A DNA stretch of 63,747 nucleotides, taken from assembly GCA_030264375.1 (NCBI GenBank), contig JASCQW010000109.1, forward strand, positions 54,279,161 to 54,342,907, given 5' to 3'. The notes under the pieces were generated by a model that was not told where the DNA came from, did not search any database, and saw only the letters and a list, made by a program, of their open reading frames with translations. Shown in pieces: positions 25,104-36,616 of this stretch. The DNA is from Carcharhinus longimanus (lineage: Eukaryota). Numbering within the stretch: the first letter of the stretch is position 1; each line of letters starts with the position of its first letter. The position numbers and the translations under genes were made by a program.

Positions 25104-25304
25104 TGAGATTCTTCATGTTTGTGCCTGATTGCAACCACAATTGATTTATCTAGGTTTTGTGCCACATGATATTTAATTTATTAACTGCTTTTACACTCTT
25201 ATCGAAACATTTTATGGTAATATTTGAAATTATATCACACTACTGAAATAATTTTTATCAAAATTACAAATGACATCCTGTGTGACTGTGACAAAGGAAA
25301 ATAA

Positions 25305-25722
25305 TCCCTTGTTGTCCTTCTTGACGCTGTCTGCAGCTTTTGACATAGTTAATCACGCCACCCTTCTCCCTCCATGGCCTCACCCCTCCTGATCTCTATA
25401 ATCTTCTCCAATCCAAGACATCTGCACTTGTCTAATTCTGGCTCCTTGAGCAGCGCTGATTGTATTCACTTCACCGATGGTTATGCCTTCAGCTGCCTAT
25501 GGGTTAAGCTCTGAAATTCCTTTATTACATTGCCCCACCTTTCTACCTGGCTTTTCTTCTTTTTGCTACACTTTAAACCCATCATTTTGACAAAGCTTTT
25601 AGCCACCTGACCTCATCTCTCCCTTCGAGGCTTGGCAGCATATTGTTAAATAACGCTCATGTGCTGTGCTTTGGGACATTTTATTATGTTTAAAGCAATA
25701 CATGGAACTAAGCTCTTGTTGA
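25305..25722 (+). mobile_element. L2 LINE remnant (others at about 650-870 and 1840-2130)
   Basis: ttgtccttcttgacgctgtctgcagcttttgacatagttaatcac is a decayed LVLLDLSAAFDTVDH motif, followed by an L2-type 3' end. Confidence 0.6.
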
Positions 25723-25948
25723 TCTATCTGCAATTTCTTTTAACAGGCTAAGTGCTGTTATCAATTGTGATTTGCATGCATGAAACAATGGAAGCCCTAC
25801 ACTTCCCATATCTGCCACATGCTCATCTGCATCATTCTACTGTTTGTTCACATTATTTGAGAGTCTAGAACATTGAGTCTGAAATTATCCCTAATTTAGA
25901 TACAGCAACAGTCAATAAGCAACAAAAATCCCCTTGAAAACTCCCTTT

Positions 25949-26490
25949 GGGGCAGCACGATGGCACAGTGGTCAGCACTGCTGCTTCACAGCACCAGGGA
26001 CCCAGGTTCAATTCTGGCCTCGGGTCCCTGTCTGTGTGGAGTTAGTACATTCTCCCCCTGTCTGTATGGGTTTCTTCTGGATGCTCTGGTTTCCCCAAAA
26101 ATGTGCGGGTTAGGTTGATTGACCATGCTAAATTGCTCCTTGTGTCGGGGTGGGGCAGGATGCTGGTGGTGGTGGCGTGGAAGCAGNNNNNNNNNNNNNN
26201 NNNNNNNNNNNNNNNNNNNNNNNNNNNNNNNNNNNNNNNNNNNNNNNNNNNNNNNNNNNNNNNNNNNNNNNNNNNNNNNNNNNNNNCCAAAAATGTGCGG
26301 GTTAGGTTGATTGACCATGCTAAATTGCTCCTTATGTCGGGGTGGGGCAGGATGCTGGTGGTGGTGGCGTGGAAGCAGGGTAAATATGAGGGAATAGGGG
26401 AATGGAACCTGGGTGGGATTGTTGTTGGTGCAAACTCAATGGGCTGAATTGCCTTCATCTGCACTGTAGGGATTCTATGATAATTCTATG
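25949..26490 (+). mobile_element. HE1-type SINE spanning a gap
   Basis: Head gggcagcacgatggcacagtgg and tail gtagggattctatg. Confidence 0.8.
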
Positions 26491-27741
26491 AAAAATTTGA
26501 AAAGTTCTTTGTCCTCCGCACTAATCATTTCTGTTTTCCTTTATTCTCGAACTATCAGTGAAAACATACATTTCAGTTATTTGCTATGTGGTCACAAAGC
26601 CAAGGGAAGATTGTTGCAAAACTAGTTAACAGAGTGTGGATCCAATGTCTGCTGTAAATGATTAGTCAAATTCACTTCAGGCAAAGGCAAACGAAGATGA
26701 AAGTTCAGAGTTATAATAAACACAGATTCCTGTAAATCCTCTGCATCCATGCCACCCATCAAATCTTGCAGTTAATACACAGCCAATATAATGTGTAGGT
26801 AATTGTCATGAAACCAGCACTTTTTGTATTATGTCCCCTCCCCACAACAGATAAGGAAAAGTGCTTTTCACAGAAATACAAGATAATTACAGATGAGGAA
26901 AACCATTTGGGTCACTTTAATTCATCCACCAGGAAATCTTCCCATTGAAACATCGAATTGTTTCTTAAATACCTAGTTTCCACAAGTCCATCTGGAAATC
27001 TATCCCATTTATTCATCACTCTTTTGTGTGAAGAGAATTGTGATACCAATTCTAAATATATCTTTTGTCAGTTTGTCCTGTTCGCACTCCAGAATTTGTA
27101 TTTTTCTGATGGTTCTGGATATTTGGCCCCTGGGTGGCAGGAATGGAAGGGGAGGGCAGGGGAGAGGGCAACAGTAACATTGCACAGAGGAGGGTTGGGA
27201 CAGCTGCCTGATGCATTTCCAGTGAAGGCCTGGGTGCAGAGAGTCTGTCTGCTCGTTGGATTATTAATGCCCCTAACCTCTCAATATTAGCCTCAGTTGT
27301 GTGTTCAAGTAAATCACTGAGAGGTGATCTTACTGGCTGTTCACGCCACACTCCCACTGCAGTGAAGTCAGGAATTTGGCTCCCAGCAAAATTTCTCTAC
27401 ACTGCAGCGAGATGGGAAAATCCTACCGACGGTAACATTCCAGCCATTCTTGGTAACATGCCATTTTATACCGTATTTCTAGGAAGAAGGAATGTTTCCA
27501 CACCTGAATGTTTTTTTTAAGTGCACAATCATTAGCATGTTCTTTCCTTAAAATGTGATGCAAGTGATTTTGCTTTGTGCTTAGATTAGCACTAGAAGGG
27601 AACCCCAAATTCCACAAGATTCAATAGCTAAAATCACTGGGAATATCCAGGTAGCAACAAATAGAATATTTTTCTGGTTCTTTTGGTAATGTCTGCTCTG
27701 GTAAAATGCCAAACCAAATGCAACTGGATTATCGCACAAAC

Positions 27742-28014
27742 CTTCTCTCCCAAGTCAGTGGTCTCATTCACTTTACTCAGGGCACTTTCTACTCGCACCA
27801 GGCGACTCGATAGACACAGCAGCAAGTTCATCACTTTGTCCAAGTCCTCAATGAAGGTCTTGTACTTCTGGATTTCATTCGGTGTGCAGACATCGTTGAC
27901 CCAGGCCTCAATATCCCCACCTAGCGTGCTATTCATTTTGACGTCTTCATTTAAGCTCGCTTTAGCTTCCTGAAGCTTTTGAAGTTTACATTTAATTGCG
28001 TTAATTAACTCCTT
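27742..28014 (-). CDS. SHROOM1: Shroom coding exon 6 (273 nt), ASD2 core
   Basis: Encodes KELINAIKCKLQKL...YKTFIEDLDKVMNLLLCLSSRLVRVESAL. Acceptor gatttccag and donor AAG|GTTTGT, phase 0-0. Confidence 0.92.
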
Positions 28015-28636
28015 CTGGAAATCAAAGCAGAACAATTTTTAGCATGCACATTCTCTTTAAACACATTAACAACTTTACATCCACTCAAGAGACAGCAGGC
28101 CTGATTTCAAACTGGGGCATAACAGCAACAAGTAGGGGCCAACATGATTGATAAAAATATTTGATTCCAGCAATGTGAAGTCTGGGAAATTTTAATAGTA
28201 GCTTCTGCCTGACCCTGGTGGTTAAAATGACTGCAATAAATAGCGTAGCCCTTAAATCGGGGGTGAGGTGTGGGGAAGGGAGTATGTCCGAAAGCCAGAT
28301 GATCAGCGAGTGATCACATGAAAGCCACAAATAAATAAAACTTTACCCTATTCCATCTCATTTCTCTCTTTGAAAAATGGAAAAAGAAATGATAAACAAA
28401 GCATCCTATTTCTTTCTGCGATTGACTTACTTTGTTTTTCTTTCTAGATAAATATCAACTCCCAAACCCAACTTCCTAAATTGTTGGTTTTGTAGCTCAA
28501 GGCCTAGAATATGCTGGGAGTCTGATGTTCAAACCCAAACTACTTCCAGCTGTAGGTTTCCTTTCAATGTCTGTTAATTCTGACCCCCAAGAACAAAAGG
28601 TTGTCGTCTTTGGCATTTTCTTCATCCACGGATTCA

Positions 28637-28918
28637 TGGAATCATAGGATCCCTACAGGAGAAGAGATTCGGCCTATCACAACCACAATCCTACCCAGTC
28701 TCTATCCCTTTACCCCCATGTATTTAGTGTGCTAGTCCCCCTGATGATTGGCAATTCAGTATGGCCAATCAACCACACTCGCACATCTTTGGACTGTGGG
28801 AGGAAACCCAGGCAGACATGGGGAGAACGTGCAAACTCCGCAGTGTCCCAAGCCGGGAATCGAATCCAGGTCCGTGACGCTGTGAGGCAGCAGTGCTAAC
28901 CATTATGCCACCATGCCT
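28637..28918 (-). mobile_element. HE1-type SINE
   Basis: Reverse-complement head, V-domain and tail. Confidence 0.8.
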
Positions 28919-29235
28919 CCTCATGCTGATTCATCGCCCAGAGGTATATGCTCCACAGTCACATCAAGCCTGAGCCAAGAAACGGAATTGTTGCCCACAA
29001 AGGTGGGAATACTTGTAAACCATCCGGGATGAGATGACTAATTATTCCCAGTCATCTCAGTTAATGGGATCTGGGAGAAGACATTAAATAAATCTTGTAT
29101 GAAATTGAAATACATTCTAAGTTGTGACTGTTCCCATATTGGGTCATCTGGTTTTAATGCATATAGTCAATGCCCACACCTGTGGCATTCCTTCTTATAG
29201 TGTATGGTTGAAAATACAACACTAAAAGCACAGTT

Positions 29236-29595
29236 TGGGCAGCATGGTGGCACAGTGGTTAGTACTGCTATTTTATAGCTGCAGGAACTCGGTTCAACTC
29301 CAGCTTTGGGTGACTGCCTGGGGCGTTTGCACATTCTCCCTGAGTCTGTGTGGGTTTCCTCCGGGTGCTCTGGTTTCCTCCCACGGTCCAAAGGTGTGAA
29401 GGTTAGGTGGATTGGCCATGCTAAATTGCCCCTTAGTGTCCAAAGACTTGTAGATTAGATGGATTAGCCATGTTAAATGGGTGGAGTTACAGGAATAGGG
29501 TGGGGGAGAGGGCTTGAATAAAATAATCTATCAGAGAGCTGGTGCAGGGCCGATGGGCCAAATGGTCTCTTCTGCACTACAGGGATTCTATGATT
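29236..29595 (+). mobile_element. HE1-type SINE
   Basis: Full-length copy. Confidence 0.85.
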
Positions 29596-29754
29596 AATCC
29601 CAAAACCTTCTGCAAGAGAAAGAAAATCAAAAACTACTAAATGTGAAAATATCACATCCCTGCAAATTAGTAACAATATGAGGATATCCTCGTTGCAACA
29701 AAATTATTTATAAAGAATACATTAATGATGGCGACCAAAATGGCGACCAAAACT

Positions 29755-29847
29755 GTGTGCAGTTTTGGTTGCCGCACTTACGCAAGGATATTTTGGCCTT
29801 GGAGGGAGTGCAGAGGAGGTTCACTAGGCTGATACCGGAGTTGAGGG
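29755..29847 (+). mobile_element. CR1 LINE fragment running into a gap
   Basis: CVQFWLPHLRKDILALEGVQRRFTRLIPELR. Confidence 0.8.
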
Positions 29848-30338
29848 NNNNNNNNNNNNNNNNNNNNNNNNNNNNNNNNNNNNNNNNNNNNNNNNNNNNN
29901 NNNNNNNNNNNNNNNNNNNNNNNNNNNNNNNNNNNNNNNNNNNNNNNNNNNNNNNNNNNNNNNNNNNNNNNNNNNNNNNNNNNNNNNNNNNNNNNNNNNN
30001 NNNNNNNNNNNNNNNNNNNNNNNNNNNNNNNNNNNNNNNNNNNNNNNNNNNNNNNNNNNNNNNNNNNNNNNNNNNNNNNNNNNNNNNNNNNNNNNNNNNN
30101 TTTAGCATGGCCAATCAACCTAACCTGCACATCTTTGGACTGTGGGAGGAAACTGGAGCACCCGGAGGAAACCCATGTTGTGTTGCTATTGTGAAAAAGT
30201 GCATTGTATCGAGAGTATAAGCTACAGGAATGCAGCGCAGAAAATGGGTTAGCTGGTGCATGTAGAAGCTTAGTATTATCCTCAAAATTGGCTTCAGAGG
30301 AACAAAGGTGTACTGGGATCTCATCATGAAACACTCAC

Positions 30339-30471
30339 CTTCTTCTCTGTAGTACCAGTTGGGCACTCCATTTCACACGTGGCCCTCTCTTTTTCCTGAT
30401 TAACGTTGATTGGTATTTCAGATTCAGAATCTTCTTTTATAGAAAATGGGAATTGATTATCTTTCTCATAT
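30339..30471 (-). CDS. SHROOM1: Shroom coding exon 5 (133 nt; YEKDNQFPF...PTGTTEKK)
   Basis: Acceptor ttctttttattag and donor AAG|GTGAGT, phase 2 in and 0 out. The frame is open and ends in KK immediately before the ASD2 KELI exon. Confidence 0.8.
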
Positions 30472-30859
30472 CTAATAAAAAGAATTGGATAACAGTGTGG
30501 GAGTTATGGTCTGCATTAACACTACAGAGTATCAAGCATCAACATGACCAGCATGATTCCATTTACCCTTACTGTAGCTTTACCTATAACAAACTATCAT
30601 TGTGAGACATATTCAGAAAGTAAGAGATTGGAGTGATGCAGTGAACTAATATAGTTTCAATTCTTCGATGTGGGTTCAAATCCTTCTCAAACTTATCTCT
30701 TGGTGGGGGAGGGGGCACAAGAGTCTTAGTTTAAATAAGCTTGAGTGAGATCCAAGTGAGTGTTTAACAAGTGTGTAAGAACCCAGAGCATAAAACTGTT
30801 GGTGAGAATTCTCAATTGAAAAATTCTCTGCCTCCCTCCAATAGAGAATAGCAATAGAT

Positions 30860-31390
30860 TAGGTGTACAGTCTTGGTCTCCTTAGTTGAGGAGGGGTGTA
30901 ATTGCATTGGAGGTAATTCGGAGGATGTTCACTGGATCGATTCCCGAGATGAGGGATTTGTCTTGCAAAGAGAGATTGGGCAGTGTAGGTCTTTACTTCC
31001 TGAAGTTTAGAAGAATGACAGGAGATCTCATTGAAGAGTGCAAGATGATAAAGGGGATTGACAAAGTAGATGTGGAGAGGATGTTTCCTCTTATGGTGCA
31101 ATCTAGAACAAGAGGTCATAGTTTTAGGATAAGGGATAGCAGATTTAAAACAGAGATGAGAAGAAATTACTTCTCTCTAAAGGTCATGAGTCTGTGAAAT
31201 TCACAACCCCAGAATGTGGTGGATGTCGGAACTTTGAGTGAATTTAAAGAAGAGGTGGGCAGATTTTTATTTAGTCAGGGATTGAAAGACTATGGTAATC
31301 AGGCAGGAAAGTGGAGTTGAGGCTGGGATGAGATCACCCATGATCATATTAAGTAGTGGAGCAGGCTCGAGGGATGCCTACTCCTGCCCA
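30860..31390 (+). mobile_element. CR1 LINE 3' fragment
   Basis: ALEVIRRMFT..RRMTGDLIEECKMIKGIDKVDVERMFPL..TRGHSFRIR plus a CR1 3' UTR. Confidence 0.85.
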
Positions 31391-31572
31391 AAACTTGTAG
31401 CTGGCCAGATTAGAGTGGGAAAGGATTGGTTCAATCTGATGTTAATTGGCTCCAACCAACCCTACCATGGATTCACCTCTATGATCCCACTTAAGATTGT
31501 GCAGGATTATGGTGTAAAAAGGGACAAAAATCGGATAAGCACGCCTGCATCCTGAACTCCATTTTCTTGCAA

Positions 31573-31631
31573 GCTGTCCTGATGAGTGCAAAATGAAAAA
31601 CTTTAATAGCATGTACCTTTTCTCAGCAATG
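31573..31631 (+). ncRNA. Degenerate minimal hammerhead ribozyme (second Penelope/retrozyme-type family)
   Basis: GCTGTC-CTGATGA-gtgcaaaat-GAAA-aacttt-AATAGC. Core boxes are intact and the stems are decayed. Confidence 0.45.
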
Positions 31632-31736
31632 CTTCCATATTAATTCATGCTACAAGTGTAGGGTTGTACGCTATTGATAGATGGAAATTTCTGTTAACCA
31701 GCATTTTTGATTGACTGGCACCACCTATTGCCAGAT

Positions 31737-31950
31737 TGTAATAACCTCAATGAGGCCCATGAAGTTGGCCTCTTGGAGTATGAGCTCTCTGACTGAGGCA
31801 ATGATTGCCTGTCCAATCAGGGAGTCTCACCTGTATGTATTAACGCTCCAGATTCCAACTTTGTACCTGAAGCGCACTTAAGGTTTGGAATCGAGTATGT
31901 AAATAAAGGGAATCTGGTGAAGGGACACCAGCCTTAGAGATCTTATTTCA
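31737..31950 (+). mobile_element. Solo LTR (214 bp)
   Basis: Inverted termini TGTAATAA...TTATTTCA (7/8 match), perfect 5-bp TSD CAGAT (31732-31736 and 31951-31955), and internal CCAAT and AATAAA. Confidence 0.85.
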
Positions 31951-32085
31951 CAGATAATAAAGATTTTACTGCATTTAAATGGTAAACAGGATGAAAAAGA
32001 TAGATCCAGACCATCAACTATTGAGCAGTAATAGGGCAAAGGGTTCAAGAGCAAGTTAGGAAAAGGCAAAGTTAGGTCTAATAGT

Positions 32086-32455
32086 GGGGAGGCGATGGCC
32101 TAGTAGTATTATTATTATCCTAATAATCCAGAAACTCAGCTAATGTTCTGGGGACCTGGGTTCGAATCCCGCCACTGCAGATGGTGGAACTTGAATATAA
32201 TTTTTAAAAATCCAGAATTAAGAATTTACTGATGACCATGAAACCACTGTCGATTGTCAGAAAAAAAACTATCTGATTCACTAATGTCCTTTAGGGAAGG
32301 AAATCTGCCATCTTTACCTGGTCTGGCCTGCATATGACTCCACAGCCATAATAATGTGGTTGGCCCTGAACTGCCCTCTGAACAAGGGCAACTAGGGATG
32401 GGCAATAAATGCAGGCCAGGCAGCGATGCCCATGTCTCACAAATGAATGAAAAGA
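32086..32455 (+). mobile_element. tRNA-derived SINE with L2-type tail (type C)
   Basis: ggggaggcgatggcctagtagt...gggttcgaatccc (A and B boxes) and tail gggcaactagggatgggcaataaatgc...aatgaatgaaaa. Confidence 0.85.
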
Positions 32456-33475
32456 AAGGAACCTCTTGTTCAGGTGAGGCTCAATCAATGAACAAAGATG
32501 ATACTTCAACATGGAACAATACTTCCAGAATCATTTATCAAACAAATGTCACAATGGGGACAAGAGGCATGTTATTTCCGTATGGGTGATATTAGAGCAT
32601 TAAATGCCCTTCCTCATGTCAGTATTCACCCTGCGCATAGCATAAAACACCCCAACAATGATTTATTTAGGGTAAATTTATCCAACAGTGGTGTTGTGCA
32701 GAGTGCAGCTGTATGGCTTTGCACATTTGTTGTAATCCTTTCCTAGGCTGTGTGAGAGACCGTGTGATACAGTTAAACATGTCAATGTCACATCAGTCAC
32801 TCCATTTACAATGGAGAAAATCATAGGAACACAGGGAATTACTGATGGATCCAAAAATCAATGATATCTGACAGTTTTATATTAAACTCTAAATGCTAAA
32901 TAAATTGGAATGCTAGTTATTGCTCTTTGCTGTGCACCATTGTGTGAATAGTTTTTGTTATATCTTTCCACAACAGGATGCCATATGATCAGTAACACAT
33001 TATGTCACTGCTGGACCCTCATCTCCGCTCACCTCCAGCACTGGCTCAGCCTGTTGCAGCAGATGGCACTGAGTTCGGGCACATCTTGTGCAATTGTTCT
33101 CAGTACATATTTCAGTGGCACTGCCATGTACTCGGGAAGGGTAAGAGTGAGTGAGGTTTTCTGTATGGCTTGGGTTGCGGATGACCCTGGAGCTAATCAA
33201 CAATCATTTTACATTTGAACCATTTCAATAGCATTTATAACACTGGAGAAAGAGAATATTGTCAGTGTCACAGCAGAATACTTTTGCCCAGTATTTACCC
33301 ATTTCCATAACACACAAAGAGCTAAAGTGTTGCTATTAAATTTAGTTGACTTCCCAACTAGTGTTTCTCAACCACTCTTGCTCTGAACCCATTTTCTGGT
33401 GCATTAATTTATATCTCACTATGCCACTAAACTCCATGTATAATTCCCCTCTGACCCTGCTGCCAATCTTGAGAA

Positions 33476-33856
33476 GGGAGACAGTGCCGCAATGGTATTG
33501 TCACTGGCCAAGTAATCCAGAGACCTAAGTTAATATTCTAGGGACCCGTGTTCAAATCCCACCACAGCAGATAATAAAATTTGAATTCAATGAAAATCTG
33601 GAATTAAAAAAATCCAATGATGACCATGAATTGATTGCTGTAAAAACCCATCTGGTTCCCAAATCTCCTCTAGGGAAGGAAGTCTGCCATTCTTACTCGG
33701 TCTGGTATACAAGTGACTTCAGATCCACAGCAATGTGTTTGATGCTTAAATGCTGACTAAAATGGCCTAGCACTCAATTCAAGAGCAATTAGGAATGGGC
33801 AATCAATGCTGGCTCACCCAGCAATGCTCACATCCCCCAAATGAATAAATTAAAAA
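33476..33856 (+). mobile_element. SINE type C
   Basis: Homologous to 32086-32455. Confidence 0.8.
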
Positions 33857-34149
33857 GTGAAAATGTACTGGTGACACCTGACAAATAATCTGCTGGGAGG
33901 AAGTGAAGCAATTGGAAAGAGAAGCATTCTAGTTCATTCTTGCACAATGCAATACAACATAAGCGGAGGTCAAAGAATAGAATTAATAGCTAAAATCACT
34001 TTTCAGAATACATTAAGCATGATGGCAGCTGTTGCAAAATCATTATTGACAGATTTTAAGACGTTAAAGATATCACTTTGCTCACTCAGTTTCCCGTAAC
34101 CCTTTCACACTATAATTTATTGGCAGAGTATGCACAAAATATACATCAC

Positions 34150-34505
34150 TGGGGAGGTGATGGACTAATGGTATTATCACTAGACTGTTAATCCAGAAAC
34201 TCAGCTAATGTTCTGGCACCTGGGTTCGAATCCCACCACGGCAGGTGGTTGAATTTGAATTCAATAAAAAATATTTGGAATTAAGCAGTTACTGATGACC
34301 ATTGTCAATTGTTGGAAAAACCCATCTGCTTCTCTAATATCCTTTAGGAAGGGAAACCTGTCATCCTTACCTGGTCTGGCTACATTGTGACTCCAGAGCC
34401 AGAGCAATGCGGTTGGACTCTCAACTGCCCTCCAAGGGCAACTAGGTATGGACAATAAATGCTGGCCAGCTTGTGACACCCACATCCCACAATGAATAAA
34501 AAAAA
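34150..34505 (+). mobile_element. SINE type C ending about 16 bp from a Shroom splice donor
   Basis: Homologous to 32086-32455. Confidence 0.85.
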
Positions 34506-34521
34506 TGCTTAAACTACTTAC

Positions 34522-35025
34522 TTATTCTTGGTATCTTTCTCCATTGTCTGATTATACATTTGCTTCCTCTGACAAGCTTCAAGCACTAAGATATCCTTTT
34601 GAAACAACTCTTCCACAAGGTCCATTATCGTTTTCCTTCTGGGATTGGGATCAAGGACATCTGCTAGCGAACGGTCCTCATCTATAATTTCCTTCATAAG
34701 CTCCTCTATTCTCAGATCTTCGGGGGACTTTGTCTTCACCCTCGGATGGATAGAGGTGGTACCTGAACCTGTTGAAAGTTGTTGAGTTGGTTCTTCCCCA
34801 TTTTCTTGATCGTTTTCTACCGGCAACAAGCTACTGTTTTCACTTTCACCCTCAACAGATGTTGCAACTTGTGTCACTGAGGTTGGCATGACCCTTTCGA
34901 AACTGGTGCTTGGATAGTTTGGCAAAGATCCCAATTCCGATGGCATGTACCTGTAACGCTGTTCCTTGCCACTTCTCCCGGGATTTATTTGAACAGATTC
35001 CTTGGTTGGCAGTGAATTCTTTCTA
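34522..35025 (-). CDS. SHROOM1: Shroom coding exon 4 (504 nt), start of the ASD2 region
   Basis: Acceptor ttttctctcccag and donor AA|GTAAGT, phase 2-2. Encodes KSPEDLRIEELMKEIIDEDRSLADVLDPNPRRKTIMDLVEELF, typical of Shroom proteins. Confidence 0.85.
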
Positions 35026-36024
35026 CTGGGAGAGAAAACATGGAGTCAGGTCAAAAAGCTAGGGTTAAGATGACATTTGACAAGCATCTCAGATTCACAA
35101 TAAATAATTTTTAGTTTGTTTAAGGAGGTTCCTCCTCATTACCAACCGCACCCACTACAACTGTCTGTATTGCATTTAAGGCCAATAACCATTTTATCAG
35201 AGAAGGAAAAGAAAGTGAAAATGTGCTGGGAAAGGTATTTTCCAACACAGTTCTTGTATTTCCCTGCTGAGACAATAAAGGTTGTGATGAGAATTATTAA
35301 TAGAGCCCTGAGCTAATAGACTTTTAGTTAATAGACTCCAAGCAGGATAGTTTGACAGAAAATAACATCACAACATTTAATATATTTTTAGCCTCATACA
35401 AAAAGGTTTATTTTATTTTAAAATTATTTTCTTGCATCAGCTCAAACAGCACAAACTTTCCTCATGATTGCAGCTCAGATGAGAAGCAGCTCCCACTATG
35501 ATCACAGTTGAGATTAATTCCTGGTTTATATAAAGGAAGATACTTGTTCACTTACCGGTTGAACCACATTCAGGGTTTCTGAGGCTATGGGCAATGACAT
35601 TGAAGATCAGGCCTCCACAGAGCAATAACCCTCCACATCTCCCCCCTACTCTACGACTAATTAATATTTTCAGCAGCGACATGTTTGAAATTCAACAAAT
35701 TGGCAACTTGAGGTGTAGTAATTTTGATGCCAAGCTCACCCTTATGCTGTCTTTGTTATCTGGCACTTTCAAAGGTGAAGCATGAAACATGGGCAGCGAG
35801 GGAGACACTGACTACACTCAATGGGGTGGCCTTGTCTGTAATACTGAGTTTTATATTCGCAGCACTCTGGGCATACCTACACCTCAGCGGCTGCTACAGT
35901 TCAAGGAAGCAGCTCACCACCACCTTCTCAAGGGCAACTCGGGGTGAGCAATGAATACTGGTCTCACCAATGACCATCCATAAAAGAAATTTTTAAAAAA
36001 GGCTGAAGCTTTGGAATACATTAG

Positions 36025-36480
36025 ACCATAAGACATAGGATAGAATTCGGCCACTCGGCCCATCAAGTCTGCTCTGCCATTCAATCATGGCTGATATTTT
36101 TCTCAGNNNNNNNNNNNNNNNNNNNNNNNNNNNNNNNNNNNNNNNNNNNNNNNNNNNNNNNNNNNNNNNNNNNNNNNNNNNNNNNNNNNNNNNNNNNNNN
36201 NNNNNNTTCAGCCACTCGGCCCATCAAGTCTGCTCTGCCATTCAATCATGGCTGATATTTTTCTCAGCCCTATTCCCCTGCCTTTTCCCCATAACCATTG
36301 ATCCCCCTATTAATCAATAACCTATCTATCCCTGTCTTAAAGACATTCAATGAGTTGGCCTCCACAGCTTTCTGCAGCAAAGAGCTCCACCAATTCATCA
36401 CTCTCTGGCTGAAGAAATTCCTCCTCATCTCTGTTTTAAAAGATCGTCCCTTTGGCTTGAGGTTGTGCCCTCTGATTCTA
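36025..36480 (-). mobile_element. CR1 LINE 3' fragment, same subfamily as 4814-5420
   Basis: Near-identical to 4814-5285 by eye. Confidence 0.8.
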
Positions 36481-36616
36481 CTTTTAGCACAATAACTCTG
36501 CTACTCTTGAGTCCAAGCTCATCAAGACTCTTAACCTTTTACTACTGGTTAAATAAATGTCGGAGTATTTAAAAATTGCCATGGAGGAAAAATAAAAGCC
36601 CTCACTGTCGCCTTAC

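Noticed and set aside
35556-35600. Strong donor CCG|GTAAGT suggesting a Shroom microexon
   Set aside because: The nearby AG acceptors give 23 or 29 nt, which break the 2-2 phase of this intron.
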